This document shows, one piece after another, positions 12,830 to 25,900 of a stretch of DNA of 64,000 nt; the stretch's first letter is position 1; the number at the start of each line of letters is the position of its first letter. Source of the DNA: Tubulanus polymorphus (Eukaryota; Animalia; Nemertea); assembly GCF_964204645.1 (NCBI RefSeq), contig NC_134030.1:8475122-8539121 (forward strand), in the 5' to 3' direction. The translations under genes were made by a program, and so were the position numbers. The notes under the pieces are model-generated. The model searched no databases and had not been told where the DNA came from. It was given only the letters and a program-made list of their open reading frames with translations.

Positions 12830-15800
12830 ATGCAGGACGGAGAAAGTCCGTTTCTTCTCATTGGGGATGAGATAACGCTCTATTGCGTCGATCCCGATGG
12901 ATATGTTTTTAGTGACGAATCATGGTATGATTTAACAAAAAAGATTCAATTTACAATATGAAATATTTCTGAAATCTGTTTTTACAATATTCCTTAGGCC
13001 GGTTCAATAGACTAGTAGATGTATTGAAATTAACCCGCGGTTAACTGCATTCACTGTCAATATTGAATTAACCCCTGGGCAATGATACCAGTTAGTTTAT
13101 CAAAGTTAAACCAATTCCAATTTCCAGCAAAAATGTTTTATAGGGATATATGACCTACACCACATAGAAAATCGGCTATATTCATCGGATATACTACGTA
13201 TTACCTGTGGCAGGTCTACTAAATTCTTAATTGACAATGGTTACCACTTTAAGGTTCTTGTCAAGAACCCTAATGTCTCGAAGAACCCACAATCTGCATT
13301 CTACTTTGCTGAAGAACCTTATAGCCTCACCAAGAACCCCTGGGTTCTTCGAAGAACCCCGAACCCATTGTTCTAAGAATGTATAAAACCAGCCCATTTT
13401 GTTTAGTTGTATTAGGTTTGCAAGTCTTTGGGCCATACATGTTCTATACGAGACACATATTAAGAATGTCGATATTCTGTCTTATTAACAAACGATTATT
13501 GACGACCTACTAAAACTCGAGGCATTTCAAAATTAACAAAAACGTTCATTCGGCTACGATCAATAACACTCGTGTTTTTCGTTTCAATATTTCAGTTCAG
13601 CAAAAGACGGCCTGACAATCTTTAACAAACAAGACAGAAAAAAACCGAAGAATATTTCAAATCCTCATGGTGCGTTTTTGTAGTTGAATTCAGCGAATTC
13701 TGGGAATTAACCGGCTTAATATTGATACTGATTGCCACCATTAAAAATCTTTATGTAATGAAATGATATTCAAAACATCGTCCAAAAGAAGCACAGTTTT
13801 TCCCCATTCCGAACTGGATGAATCAACCAAAGTAACATCATACATTTATTACCAAGTCTTCTGTTCTCACGCTAATTTTTATCCGGAATGAATGCCTACT
13901 TCATCAACATCCATAAAATTACCATTAGAAATGATTGTTTTATTATCGTGTTATATCTCGTAGCGTGCATGTTTCAAGTAAGCATTCAGAACAGATATAA
14001 ACTGAACAAAAAAGCGAGGAATATACAGAAAAAAGCTCTTGGAGAATCCGATAGAGCTGTCACTATTGCGCAGGTATATATGTACTGGCGGATATTGTTT
14101 CATCGTGAAATGACTTTTCCATCTAAACGACTGAAATGGTATATTTCTTTTTTCTCAATTTAGGATTCGGCGAAGGCAGAACATCAAGATAATGTAGCAG
14201 AATATAACCGTAATATCGGAAAAATTGTCAAATACGGTCAAGTTGTTCAGGCAAGAAATTCTAATGATGGAATTTAGATATTATTACCGTACACATGAAA
14301 AAGGAATCGTAATCGAATGCGTAATCAAATTCAATTTTAGCTACGGCACTTGTTTACGGGAAAATACGTTCATGTGAGCTCAACGCAGGGCAGTGTCCGG
14401 GACAAAAACAATATGAAAGTCATTCTCTCCGAGCACAACGCTAAACACGCCCAGTTCCGAATACATTCCAGATATAAAGTCAAAGTCGAAGGAGACAATG
14501 TGAGCATATATCACACACCCATGCATATAAATGAATTAGTAAACAAAGTACAGCAAAGAAAATGTAATGTCTGAAATCTAGGCAAAAATACGTACGTAAA
14601 ATTACTCTTGAAATAGAACGCCATAATGAGTTAACGAATGGTATGAATTTAGTATCGTATACATACATTATTATTTCATGGTCTACATCATGTTATATCA
14701 TCTCTTATGATAAAAAAAAAAGAAATCATAAAACCAGTGTTTGTATCTCGTTCTTTAGTCCAAATTTCAATTTGAATTATGACTATGAAACCTATATGGA
14801 TTTATGAATACTAATATGAAAAAACCCGAAAGTACGGAATGCGGTGAATTTATTTAAAAAGATAGAAAGACAAACCCATGGAGATGACATGTTTTTTTCT
14901 TTTGGATTCTCAGGTGCAGTATCGTGATATCGTAGTTTTTGAGAGTGTAAAATCTCCTGGACAGTTTCTACACTCAAGCGCACCGTGGGAGATTTATCCC
15001 GGGTTCACAGGGTAAAATACGTTTTCAATACTATGAAAAATCTTAATGCATGTACGTATACGCATAAAACGATTTATTTCGTGTTGCAGATCAGAGCTGA
15101 ATCTGGGCATCGAAAGAACAGGATTCGTACTACACAAATGTTACAGCCCTAAACCAGGTGAAAATGACCTCATACGAGTAAGTCACTCCGCCATTTTTGC
15201 TCAATAGTACTTGACTATTTGCAATAGAATTAACGCATTCTTTCGAATTTTTTCTACAGAGCGGTTCTATGTTCCGTTTATTCCATCGTGAACTGGAGGC
15301 ATATCTTATGACGGATGGACTTTTTGTGGATGGCTCGATCCTAACGACCGGTTAGTGCAGTAGTTCTGAATGAGACTGGTAGACTGATATAAATCTCAGT
15401 ATTCAACCTACAGTTGATTATGTTATTTTCGTTTCTCTGATAATGGGTTTTTTAGATAGAAGTCCGAAACTGTCAGAATGGAATAAATTATCAATTTAAA
15501 GTGGGTTTTGTTATTTAGTTTGAACGAATCTACGGGATAAACTGCTTAATGTCATTAGCACTCCATACCCATAGAAGGCTTCATCTGCACTATATCATGT
15601 TATTACCAATCATGATAATAAATAATTTACAGAAATAACTCGTATGTATATTTTCTATTTCATCTGAAGATATGTCAAGTGTAGTCGAAAAAGCTGATAT
15701 GATTGGACTTGCCGATGGAGGTGAGATATGCGTTGGATCGGTGCTATTTGCTACGACTTGCAATCTAGATAAAGGACGCCGTAAAAGAATAGTCTTCGAC

Positions 15801-16885
15801 GAATAAACGTCTTCGATTTCTAGAAAGTCTGGAAAAATTCGGTTTCCCGAAAAACATCCATGTAGCCTGTTTCAATACGGCGGTGTGGCACTACACGCCA
15901 AAGTTCTTATTGTTTTAGACAATTTCTTTAGAAATTATTGACATACGGGAATAACAATACGTAACGAAATTACTTGATTCTCATTCAGTTTACCTACGTT
16001 TGCGTCCAATAGAACAGCTGAAAAATCCAAAATCACTTATGCCAAGTACGGCTGCCAATACCTATTGGCAAATAGAGGCTGCTTCAAACATTCTATCGGG
16101 TGAGTCATAAAATCCAGGTAACATATATCGAGATATCTTAGTAGTAATTAAATATGATCTTTAATTTGAAAAAACGAACATCTTTTTGTTTTTCTTTACA
16201 GGCCGACCTATTTACTGGGAACAGCATATTCGCCTGCGTCACGTGACCACCAGAAAATACCTGTTCGTCGACGACTATTTCGACGTGGGTCTGAGCAAAG
16301 ATGATGATGATCCTCGCACCGTCTTTCGATTCACCCCCGTTAAAACGGTATACAGAACGGAATCGTGTTCAAATCATCTCCGCAGTGTTTGTCACGTTTA
16401 CATGTCTGATTTACATTAAATATTTTGTGAATTCGAAATAGGAAATTGAGAAGATAAAACAAGGAACGTTTGCCCGAATACAGCACGTTGTATCGGGCAG
16501 GTGGCTTCACGGACTGGCCGCCGAGAATCTGAGCAGAAAGTCTAGCATCGACCAAAGAACTAAGAAGAAAGTACGTAAACCGGAATTTCAAACCTCATCA
16601 CTTTAAGATTAACAACATTAACGGGGCAGTCTTTTTATAGACTAGCCATTACGAAAAATATTCATTGAAAAATAGGATTATCATTGAAATGCCCGTTTTG
16701 GCTCTATGGACGTTTGTTGTAATATTGATTTCCCTTGATATCGAAGGTCACCACGAATGACAGTCAACAGTTCGATGACGCGTACGCTCTGCAGGCGGTC
16801 AGTGACGTGGACATGAGAAATTGTAATTTCGTCGCTGGTCACACGACTTTTATACGCCAGCTAACGAGATGGGTAAATGAATATA

Positions 16886-16932
<47 letters not shown>

Positions 16933-19900
16933 GATAATGATAATGATAATGATAATGATGATAATAATAATAATAATTTTATTTTATATATAATATCAAA
17001 TTCAAATACAATATAATGTACATCGAACAGAATTTGCGTTTCTATACATGATAAAATGCTCTTTAAGGCGTTGCTGGGCTTGAGTGATGAAAAATCCGTG
17101 GTTATAGGGTCAGTTTCGAAATAAACATGATTGAGATTTTTCAATGAGTGATCTTTATTATAGTTCAACGACCAACGATTCATCAACACGGCTTCCACGT
17201 TGAAAGCTGTCCGGGTAGGTGGACATCATGAATCATGGGGGTGGACGAAAGTTCGTGCAAATATCAACTCATAGTATAATTTCTTTAGGTTTTCAACGAA
17301 TTGGAAGAATTTCTTGTAGTAGATGGGCATCCTGTGAAAGAAAGACAAAAACTCTTGCGTAATTTTAAGGTAGATAAAGGCTGGTTTCACGTTCCCCATT
17401 TCCTTTCACAGCAAAAGCATACTCTGTTCCAAAAATGAATGCCCTTGAAAACGATCACAATATGGCCACTGCATGCAATAGCTTTTGTACCCGCAGCTGG
17501 AAAGTGCTCGTAATAAACGCGCACTATCGATATTGAATTGCGTTTATCAAGTAAAGCTGAGCAAAAGTTTCGTCTTGGCTGGAAACTGGAAAACGCGTGC
17601 CACTGAAAAAGAAGCGGGCAATTGTTAAACTAATCGATCAAAATACCGACCTCGTTATTCGACATATGTAAGTATAGTATCAGAAGACTGATTAAGGCTG
17701 CTCGATATTTCAATTGTAGACAATAGACCTGTTAACGAACCTACTGAAATACCCGTTCGTAAAAGGCCCGACTGTACGCGCGATGTCCGAGATCTACCAG
17801 AGTGTCTACAGGGTGTTCCACGCGTATTTGACTGGCAACAGCCAGAAGAATGCTCTCTACATGGTTCCGTACATTAAAACGTTTTTCCATCGTCTCTCGA
17901 AATTAGTCATTCCGGTATGCATATTCTTGTAGTCACAAATAGAGTTGATCCTCGTTAATACGAATCTTTTGGGCAAGAGTAAAATTAACGTATTAAACGG
18001 GCTTCGTATTATCAAAATCTTGATTACTGATGTAGATATGTTACCTGGGAAATGCTGCAGATCTTCATTATAAACGGGTTCCGTCTTAAACAGAATCGCA
18101 TTAACGAGGTTCCACTGTATTCTTTTTTAAAGGATTATCCATTATAAGACTTTTTTAACGATTTGCGTATGGGGCGACACCTTTCTGCTTATTTGACGTC
18201 TATTTCATTTCACTGATCTATCATCACTAAGAGTTTTACAAACGCTTTATTTGAGAAACGCTTATTGATATAAGTCTCACATAATTTACATATTTGACGC
18301 AAGCATCAGAATACAGGTCATTAAGATAAAATCCCACTATTTACAGATTAAAAGAATTTAAAAACCAGAATTTATTCATTCAATCTAAAATATATAAATG
18401 ACACGACGTTTCGATCTCACCCTAGAGATCAACGTCAGGTGTGAGATCGAAACGTCGTGTCTTTTATATATTTTAGATTGAATAAATAAATTCTGGTTTT
18501 TAAATTCTTTTAATCTGTAAATAGTGGGATTTTATCTTATCTTCCGTTCACCACGGTTGAGTGTGGTTATCGTTCTACTATACAGGTCATTGTTCTAACC
18601 TAGCGGAACACTGTCCTCAGTGGAACCTCAAAGTAGCGATTTTCATGCAATCTTCGGATTTGCCATGGATCGCCACTTTGCTTATTCCAAAATATCTATC
18701 GATATAAATGCCTCGCTTTATGGTGCTTGATGAGTGCATCGCAACCTTAATGGCATCATGTTATGTCGCCTCGCTTTTGTAATTCGCATAGGCTGCTGAG
18801 AGTAATAAATGGAGACAACTGAAGGAGCATGCGATTGATATCATTAATCAGGTAAGCAAATTCAATGTACCAGTCTTGATTGTCAATTTGTCGATTAACG
18901 ATTGGTAATGAGATAATCAATTAATGTGTGTATAACCTCAAAATCTGATGTAAGTTTATATTGGTGGGTTGGCATAATCTTTTTTCTTAAGTTGTGAAGA
19001 TATACGATATCCGCGATATACGCTATACACTTCTACTCAAGAAGGTTACATCTTTTGCTGTGAGAATCTTTTGGTAATTTTTGTGGAAATTCTTTTCTTG
19101 TTGTTATTGGTTTGACTTGCCAAAGCAAGCTACATTCAAAAATTACTAAAACTGACTTAATTTCTCCATCATAATATATCAATATTCCGCTAAATACCCC
19201 GGGCGGTAACAAAGGTCAAGCGATCGGTGTCTTGTTTCCAAATCTGAGGTAAGCACATTCGCATTAATATTTTTATCATACATGTACGATATGTCGGTAG
19301 AAAAAAAGTGGATTGAAATCAATCACGAAGACAAAGACACCAAAATCAACTCCAACAGATTCCGCTCGAATCACCGAAAAGGTAATCTAAGAAGAAATCT
19401 TTAAATCTTTCAAGATGATCACGCGATTATTACATATGTCTTGTGAAAATGTTTTAAGGTAGATTCTACTCACCAAATTTCTTCTGCTTCGTAATTTCGC
19501 TGCGCTTAATTCTAACTAATACTAGTGCAGTTGTTTTTAGCTAATATAGAATGATTACTGATTAATGATTGCTAAAAGTTCAGTAAAGTTACCAAGAAGA
19601 GGAATGCGAACATAAAACCTATTCACGAGAAGGTGACGCTATTATTTGTTTGTTTGCTTTTTTCGGTAGGAAAGCGTTATGTGTCTACTTGGAGAAACCA
19701 TTATGAAACTGCTCAAAGATAACATGAAACTAGTCGAGAATCTTCATAACGATGAATTGGACCTCATTCTTGTATTGACGAAAAATTCCAAGGTGAGTTT
19801 CCGAAGTCATTTTCAAGATGCGAATTTCAATGAAACCTGAGCAATGTAGGGTAGGTTTGGTGTTACCAGGGAAGCGTCCGTATTCCATCTCATCACACTT

Positions 19901-22900
19901 CCCTGTTTCAACGAACACAATGGACTGCCACACTCGGCAATTTTCAGTATTTAGAAAATTCAGAGATGGACTAGATTGCCCATATCTAGACTGACTCTAG
20001 TTTGAATATTTTTGAATCTGTTTCACAGTTCTGAGTTGAATTTGACTCGAGAGTTAAAACATTGAAAATGACCTGGTTTCAACTCAAAGTTAACTCTTAA
20101 ATCACACCTGTCGAACTGGGTCTTGTAACTAATCGTCGTTCATTTCGTACTATAATTCCTACTTCTATATCTACAATCAGTTCACTTGAAAATTACACGT
20201 AATATGAAAATGCTATGCGTAAACATGTCGAAACATCGTGCCCCGTGTCTTGATAAAGTGCTTTTGCAAAACTTTATCAATCATATATATTACTATTAAT
20301 CTTGTTTTCAATTTTTCTAATAGAATGCAGTATTTCTGGATATGATGAGCGCAGTTTGCGTGTGTGATGGAATGGCAATACCAGACAACCAGAATTACAT
20401 CGCTAAACACCTTTTTAAAGATGATTATGTAAGTTCGAATCTGCCCAAGCTATAGCAAATACGAAAGCAAAACTGTATCTGTAAAGATTTGATACCTGGT
20501 ACTTAAAGTTTGTTGAATTCTTTTATGGAATCTTTATGGATTCTTGGACTACGAGAAATGTATCACATGTTCTCAACTTAAAGATTGCCATTCATTTGTA
20601 CGTTTAAGTAAAGTTTATCGATGTATGTACGAAATAGATATGTAAATATTGTTAATCCTTTTTTGATCGCCAGGTCAACATTCTGAATCTGAGATGCGGC
20701 CAGGAACTCGGCCTTCCATACCAACCAGGTGATTTGTACATCCGTATACAAACTCAATACGAACCACTGGATCAGTTCTGTGATGTAAGTTTTGTATACA
20801 TATTCGATTATCATATTGTGTGAAGTTTGAACGCGAAAAATATCGAATTTTCCTATCGAATTAGAATGACTCCCACGAAACACTAGAACTTCGCACGTCT
20901 CATCTTATTTTCATATTTTGATAATTTCAACACGAGTTTCGATATTTATTATGCGTAGTTTGCCATATTCCATCGGTAGTGAATTTTCTGTTCTGTATTT
21001 TTGTTATTTCTGTTGCAGAAAAACAGCGAAAAGTACAAACCGGAAGCAATGAACTACCTACTACGTCAGTTAGATCTGATCGGAAAGTTAGCCTACGTGA
21101 GTGTAAAACAATATAACGGCATACGGGTATTATTGATCTACAGGAAACTCGCCAATTTTGGCCGTGACCTTTGGTACTGAAGACAAGTAATAGGTCCATC
21201 TGAATGATAATATCTGCTACATTTTCAGGGTTGTAATCAATACGTGATCGACTTGGTCACCAACAAGCTTCAACTTCTTACGTGGAATAGAACCTGGACA
21301 GCAATTACACGCGAAACTCTACCGGATGACGTGCGGGCAATGTTCTGTAAACTTGTCATAGGTACGTGAAATATATACTTTTTGAGATAACTCAAACGGT
21401 AATAACTAGTATAGCAAATACTTTCAGATTTTTTGCTGCTATTCTTAGATATCCATTATCTATTTTCAAGAAAATGATTCCAAATCGAATTACGCACTTT
21501 TTTGCGTAATTATGCTGATGGGTGATATCGGCAGTTTTGTGTTATTTTTGAAACGTCATCGATCGTCTATTGTTTGGCCATATATTCCATCAATTACGAA
21601 GACCTCATGCCGTGAAAATATGGGCTATCATTTTCCCATTACGTCCAAACAACCGACGGCATTAGAAATCATTCACACCGCGTCCGATACAGCATTCCAC
21701 TCCAATTTTCTTTGGATAAAAATATGCGAACAAGACATTGACGTTTACCTATCATTTCCTAGGTGAGCATGTCTAATATTACGGAACTCTGCTACAACAC
21801 TCCGTCATTATACAAGAAACGTTTTCATTATCTGTACGGCATTGGGCCGATCGGAGTTGTCGGCACTTTTCTCAATATTGCCTGCGTCGCAATTTTCTAT
21901 CGTTCGACGACCTCTTCGGCGTTTCTGACGCTGTTCGTTTTAGCCACGGCAGACATCGGTGTATCAGTGTCGACGGTCTTCTACCACATAGGCGTGATTG
22001 CATCCAAGTACATATATTACGAACCCGAAATCGTGTATGAAACCAAATTTGACGATGGGGCGTTTGCCATGTACGTTTTCGCTAATAACTCGATGCAGCT
22101 ATTTTGGAGATGGCGAAATGTCGTTACACTTTTGGTATCATTCGATCGTTTTATTCACGTTTACTGGCCTCTATCGGCTCGGCGATACTGGAAAATCAAT
22201 CACTGTATTGTCTATTCCGTAACGTCGTTTCTTCTTTTTTGTGGATTTCACATTTTCTACGCTTTTTACGCTTTCGTGCGCATTCCAGTGACGAGTCCGT
22301 GTTATGGCAGACACGTATTGGACAGGAAATATCGAAAATTTAGGAGAGCAGATTTGATATTTATTGTCAATATGATCCATCTTTATCTTCCATCAGCTGG
22401 TATTGTGACTTTTACATGTCTTTTAATCTATAAATTGATAACCTACACAAAATCAAATGGAAAAGAAATAGGACACGCGCACGGAAAGAAATCCATCGAT
22501 GTACAAAGCACTGTCATGATCGTTGGAGCCGCCATTTTGTTTATTTGTTGTAACTGTGGTCAAATAGCCATCGATCTCATCAATAGATTTCCGAACATTT
22601 TGGGGTCCGCTAAACCAGTGGATAAAGACGGTTGGCGAGTTTTCTGGACAGATATTTATCTGACCAATGAATACTCAAATGCCATCAATTCTGCCATAAA
22701 TTTCATCGTGTATTTTATAGTAAGCCGAAGTTTCCGTAGCGAACTAAGCAAGTCGCTACATATATGCACGCCGAAATAGCGTCCTCACCGTGCGTCGATA
22801 TTTCTACCAATTCAGTTATTCCGTACACTTAAAGTGAACTGTAGTTCTGTCCACAAAACTAAAACGATGAAAAAATTTCTCGAAGTAATTGTGTATCGTG

Positions 22901-25900
22901 TATATAAAAACTGTTGTTTATAAGTGCATGATGCATGTCGACGCTGTTCAGTACATAATGAAAATAAAGAAAGGATAACTTTTTAGGTTGATCGTGTTAT
23001 CATATGATAATCCCAAAACGAAATTTGCAAGGATGAAGTTTCTGGGCGCCGTGTTGCCAAAACAAATAAATGGAAATTCATGGAAAATTCATGCGATAGC
23101 GAGCATATAGAAAGCAAGATTACTTCAGCTCTCCATCAGAAAATATTAGAAAAATCTAAATTCCGAGTTTTCACAGTAGTACGCGTAGAGTGACAATACA
23201 TTTTCTTGCAAGATTGATATATGTTCCCGTCATAGTATCGCCTGCTATTTCCAGGGTTATTCGTAAACACCGGTTTATCAACGCCTGAAACCGATCATAT
23301 GGCGTTGGCCTTCGCGTATGATGAAGTGACGCCAGAAGGTCTCACGCGTGGTTACGTTGACAACGTGAGTACTATCCGTTCTTTGCGGTTATTACCCAGT
23401 TATAAATCAGGGCCCAGTTGAACAGTCGTGACTTAAGTTGTTAGATTGGCTACAGAACTAAGTTGGTCTTAGACTGGTCTTAAGTCTAAGCCATGACTAT
23501 GCAACTGGCCCCAGCGTCTCAATGTTGCTTTATTCTAAAGATGATATACCAACGTTATCAATTCACAGGCTCACCAAGATTTAGCCTATCAGTTTCCAGA
23601 GGTGAAAGCTTTCATATTCCAATACATACGAACTAACTCGAAACTCATCGCTACCAATCCCTCCCATAACGAATTTGTAGGAAGGGTAAGTATACGGTCC
23701 CATTTATACGTATATGTTTAAATATGGACCCTATCAGTGTTTATCACAAACAGCCATTTGTTGTGTAAACTTTCAGATCGTCGAACTCGTACAGTATCTA
23801 ATAGAATTTGGATATTTCGTCGAAGTGGAGGACATCAGAAATCTGATCGGACCGATCCTGGAGACGCTTGACGGTCGCGATGATCTGCCATTTTTCGCCA
23901 ACCAAGAGTTAGGTGAGATGACTTTTGCGCTCTCCCAGTTTATTATAAAACATGTTTACATTTTCCCGTAATCAGCTCCACAGTTGTGAGTTATTACAAC
24001 TGGCAATTTATTCTCGGCTGATTCTTTGATGATAAGGTTTAGTAAAAACCTCGAAACACAAGTAATCTGCTCACTCCTCATCGATTGTTGGTTCTTTTAT
24101 CATGTGTTATCCGTAAGGTTAAATGCGAAGTAAAAATCAACTCAAAACTTTTAGCTAGGGACCGACTTTTTGCTCTACTGATTTGAGTGATTCTCATAAG
24201 TTTGACTGAGTAAAGGATGGATCTAAAATCAATGAGAATCCAAAATGCTTTCAGATGAAAATTCAGGCGTAGAAAAAGATGTTCAAACTTTTCGAACGGA
24301 AAAACGATTTCAGAAAAGTCCCAATAACGACAGTATTATCAGATCTAAGCTGCAGTAAGTTATTTCCATTTCCAGGTTTCGCATTTTTCTGTTTTCATTC
24401 AATGAACAGTTTCTTTGTTTTAATTAATCTGATTACCGACTCCTTTGTAAGAGTTCGAAGTAAAGTGAAACCTGCTCGATTTTCTATATACATGTAAATT
24501 CATGGACTGATTTGTAGGTGCATGAAGGTTATAAAACTACTCATGAAATTTCAATATCAATCATTAGTTTTGGTAAGTTTCTGAATTATGAAACGTATTT
24601 ATAAAAAAACGGAAACTGAATAAGGCTAAAATATCTTGATGATGACATGATAATATTTTCGGAAAAAATCTTCAATTGCCTTGTCAATTTTCTCAACGTT
24701 CCTTGTCAATAATTACCTTGTCAATTATCCAGGCAAATTCTTCTCATCTCACAATGCTATGTCAGTGACAAGTAACAACTTTGTTCTTATTTGTTCTGAT
24801 GATGGCAACATGGGTCAGCCTAAACATGTTGATGTCATCGTTGTATGTCAGATACAGCAAAAAATGATAGAAATGTTCGCCTTGGCGTTTTGTTTACTAT
24901 TTTCGAAAAAATCAAGCATACTCAATAAAATTGTCAATAGCAGATATATTGCTATCTTATCGTGATGATTTGTGGGAATATTACAGGAGTTCCTCAGCTT
25001 GTTCAAAGATGTAGAGGATAGGTCACATGTCGAGAAAGACTGTTGTTTGTTTCGAGACCCGCGAAGCGTTGTAACAGGTACCATGTACGGACGTTTTGAC
25101 ATCGACTCTGCTTCCAGGTTAGTTTTGCCACGAATGTACTTGCCTTGACTTTCATTTGACAATTATTCAACTATTTTCAAATATTCAATGATTTTAGCGT
25201 AACGAAAAATGCGCGAAAGAAATTGGTGCGTTTGTTCACAGAGAAACAATATTTTGATAAAGAACAATTGACCAACGTGCTATTGGTAAGTAGTCGGCCC
25301 CAACTGGAACAATCTTGGTTCATGATACAACTATCAACTATAATCTACTTAATCTTTCAATATATATCATTCATCTCGTCAGGATTGTGCCATGTACGAT
25401 TACGATGATATGGTTACCGAATCCACTTTGCTACTGAGCAAATTCTACTCGGAGAAAAGTGAAATGTTCGAACGAGCCCACCGTAGTCAGGTAATTAACG
25501 AAAATAAATTCAACCATCCAGGTTAAAATGTCGATCATACGGTAGCAAACGTAAACAAATGTAGAAAAAACATGCATACTTGTTGGTATTACGCAATTTA
25601 ACCTTGATATTACGTGATGTGATTTTGAATTATCGAGCTGAATCATAATTTTATACGATACGATAAAAACATGGGCCCATTAATACAAATTAGACCTTAA
25701 AAACATTACTCAGTTTTTCCTGGTCTAATAGACATTACGAATACGTACAAATAATCTAGTGTTAATCATCTTTAAAGGCACGACATTTGACAATATATGA
25801 TTTGAGGTCTATTTTCTTACTATTTTTCGATAAGATCCTGGTTACCGGGGAGTCACTGCACGTTCATGAACAGTGCAAGGCGTTAATACCAATGATGAAG

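Noticed and set aside
16735-17198. Poly-N/D and poly-L/S ORFs
   Set aside because: These are translations of an intronic AAT/AATGAT microsatellite.
19210-19254. Third cassette exon ending at the strong donor GAG|GTAAGC (19249)
   Set aside because: No acceptor gives a stop-free, frame-preserving exon.
21229-22779. In-frame ITPR-GPCR fusion protein through the acceptor at 21762
   Set aside because: The upstream exon ends in phase 1; joining gives GGT GAG CAT GTC TAA, a stop that is out of frame with the GPCR.
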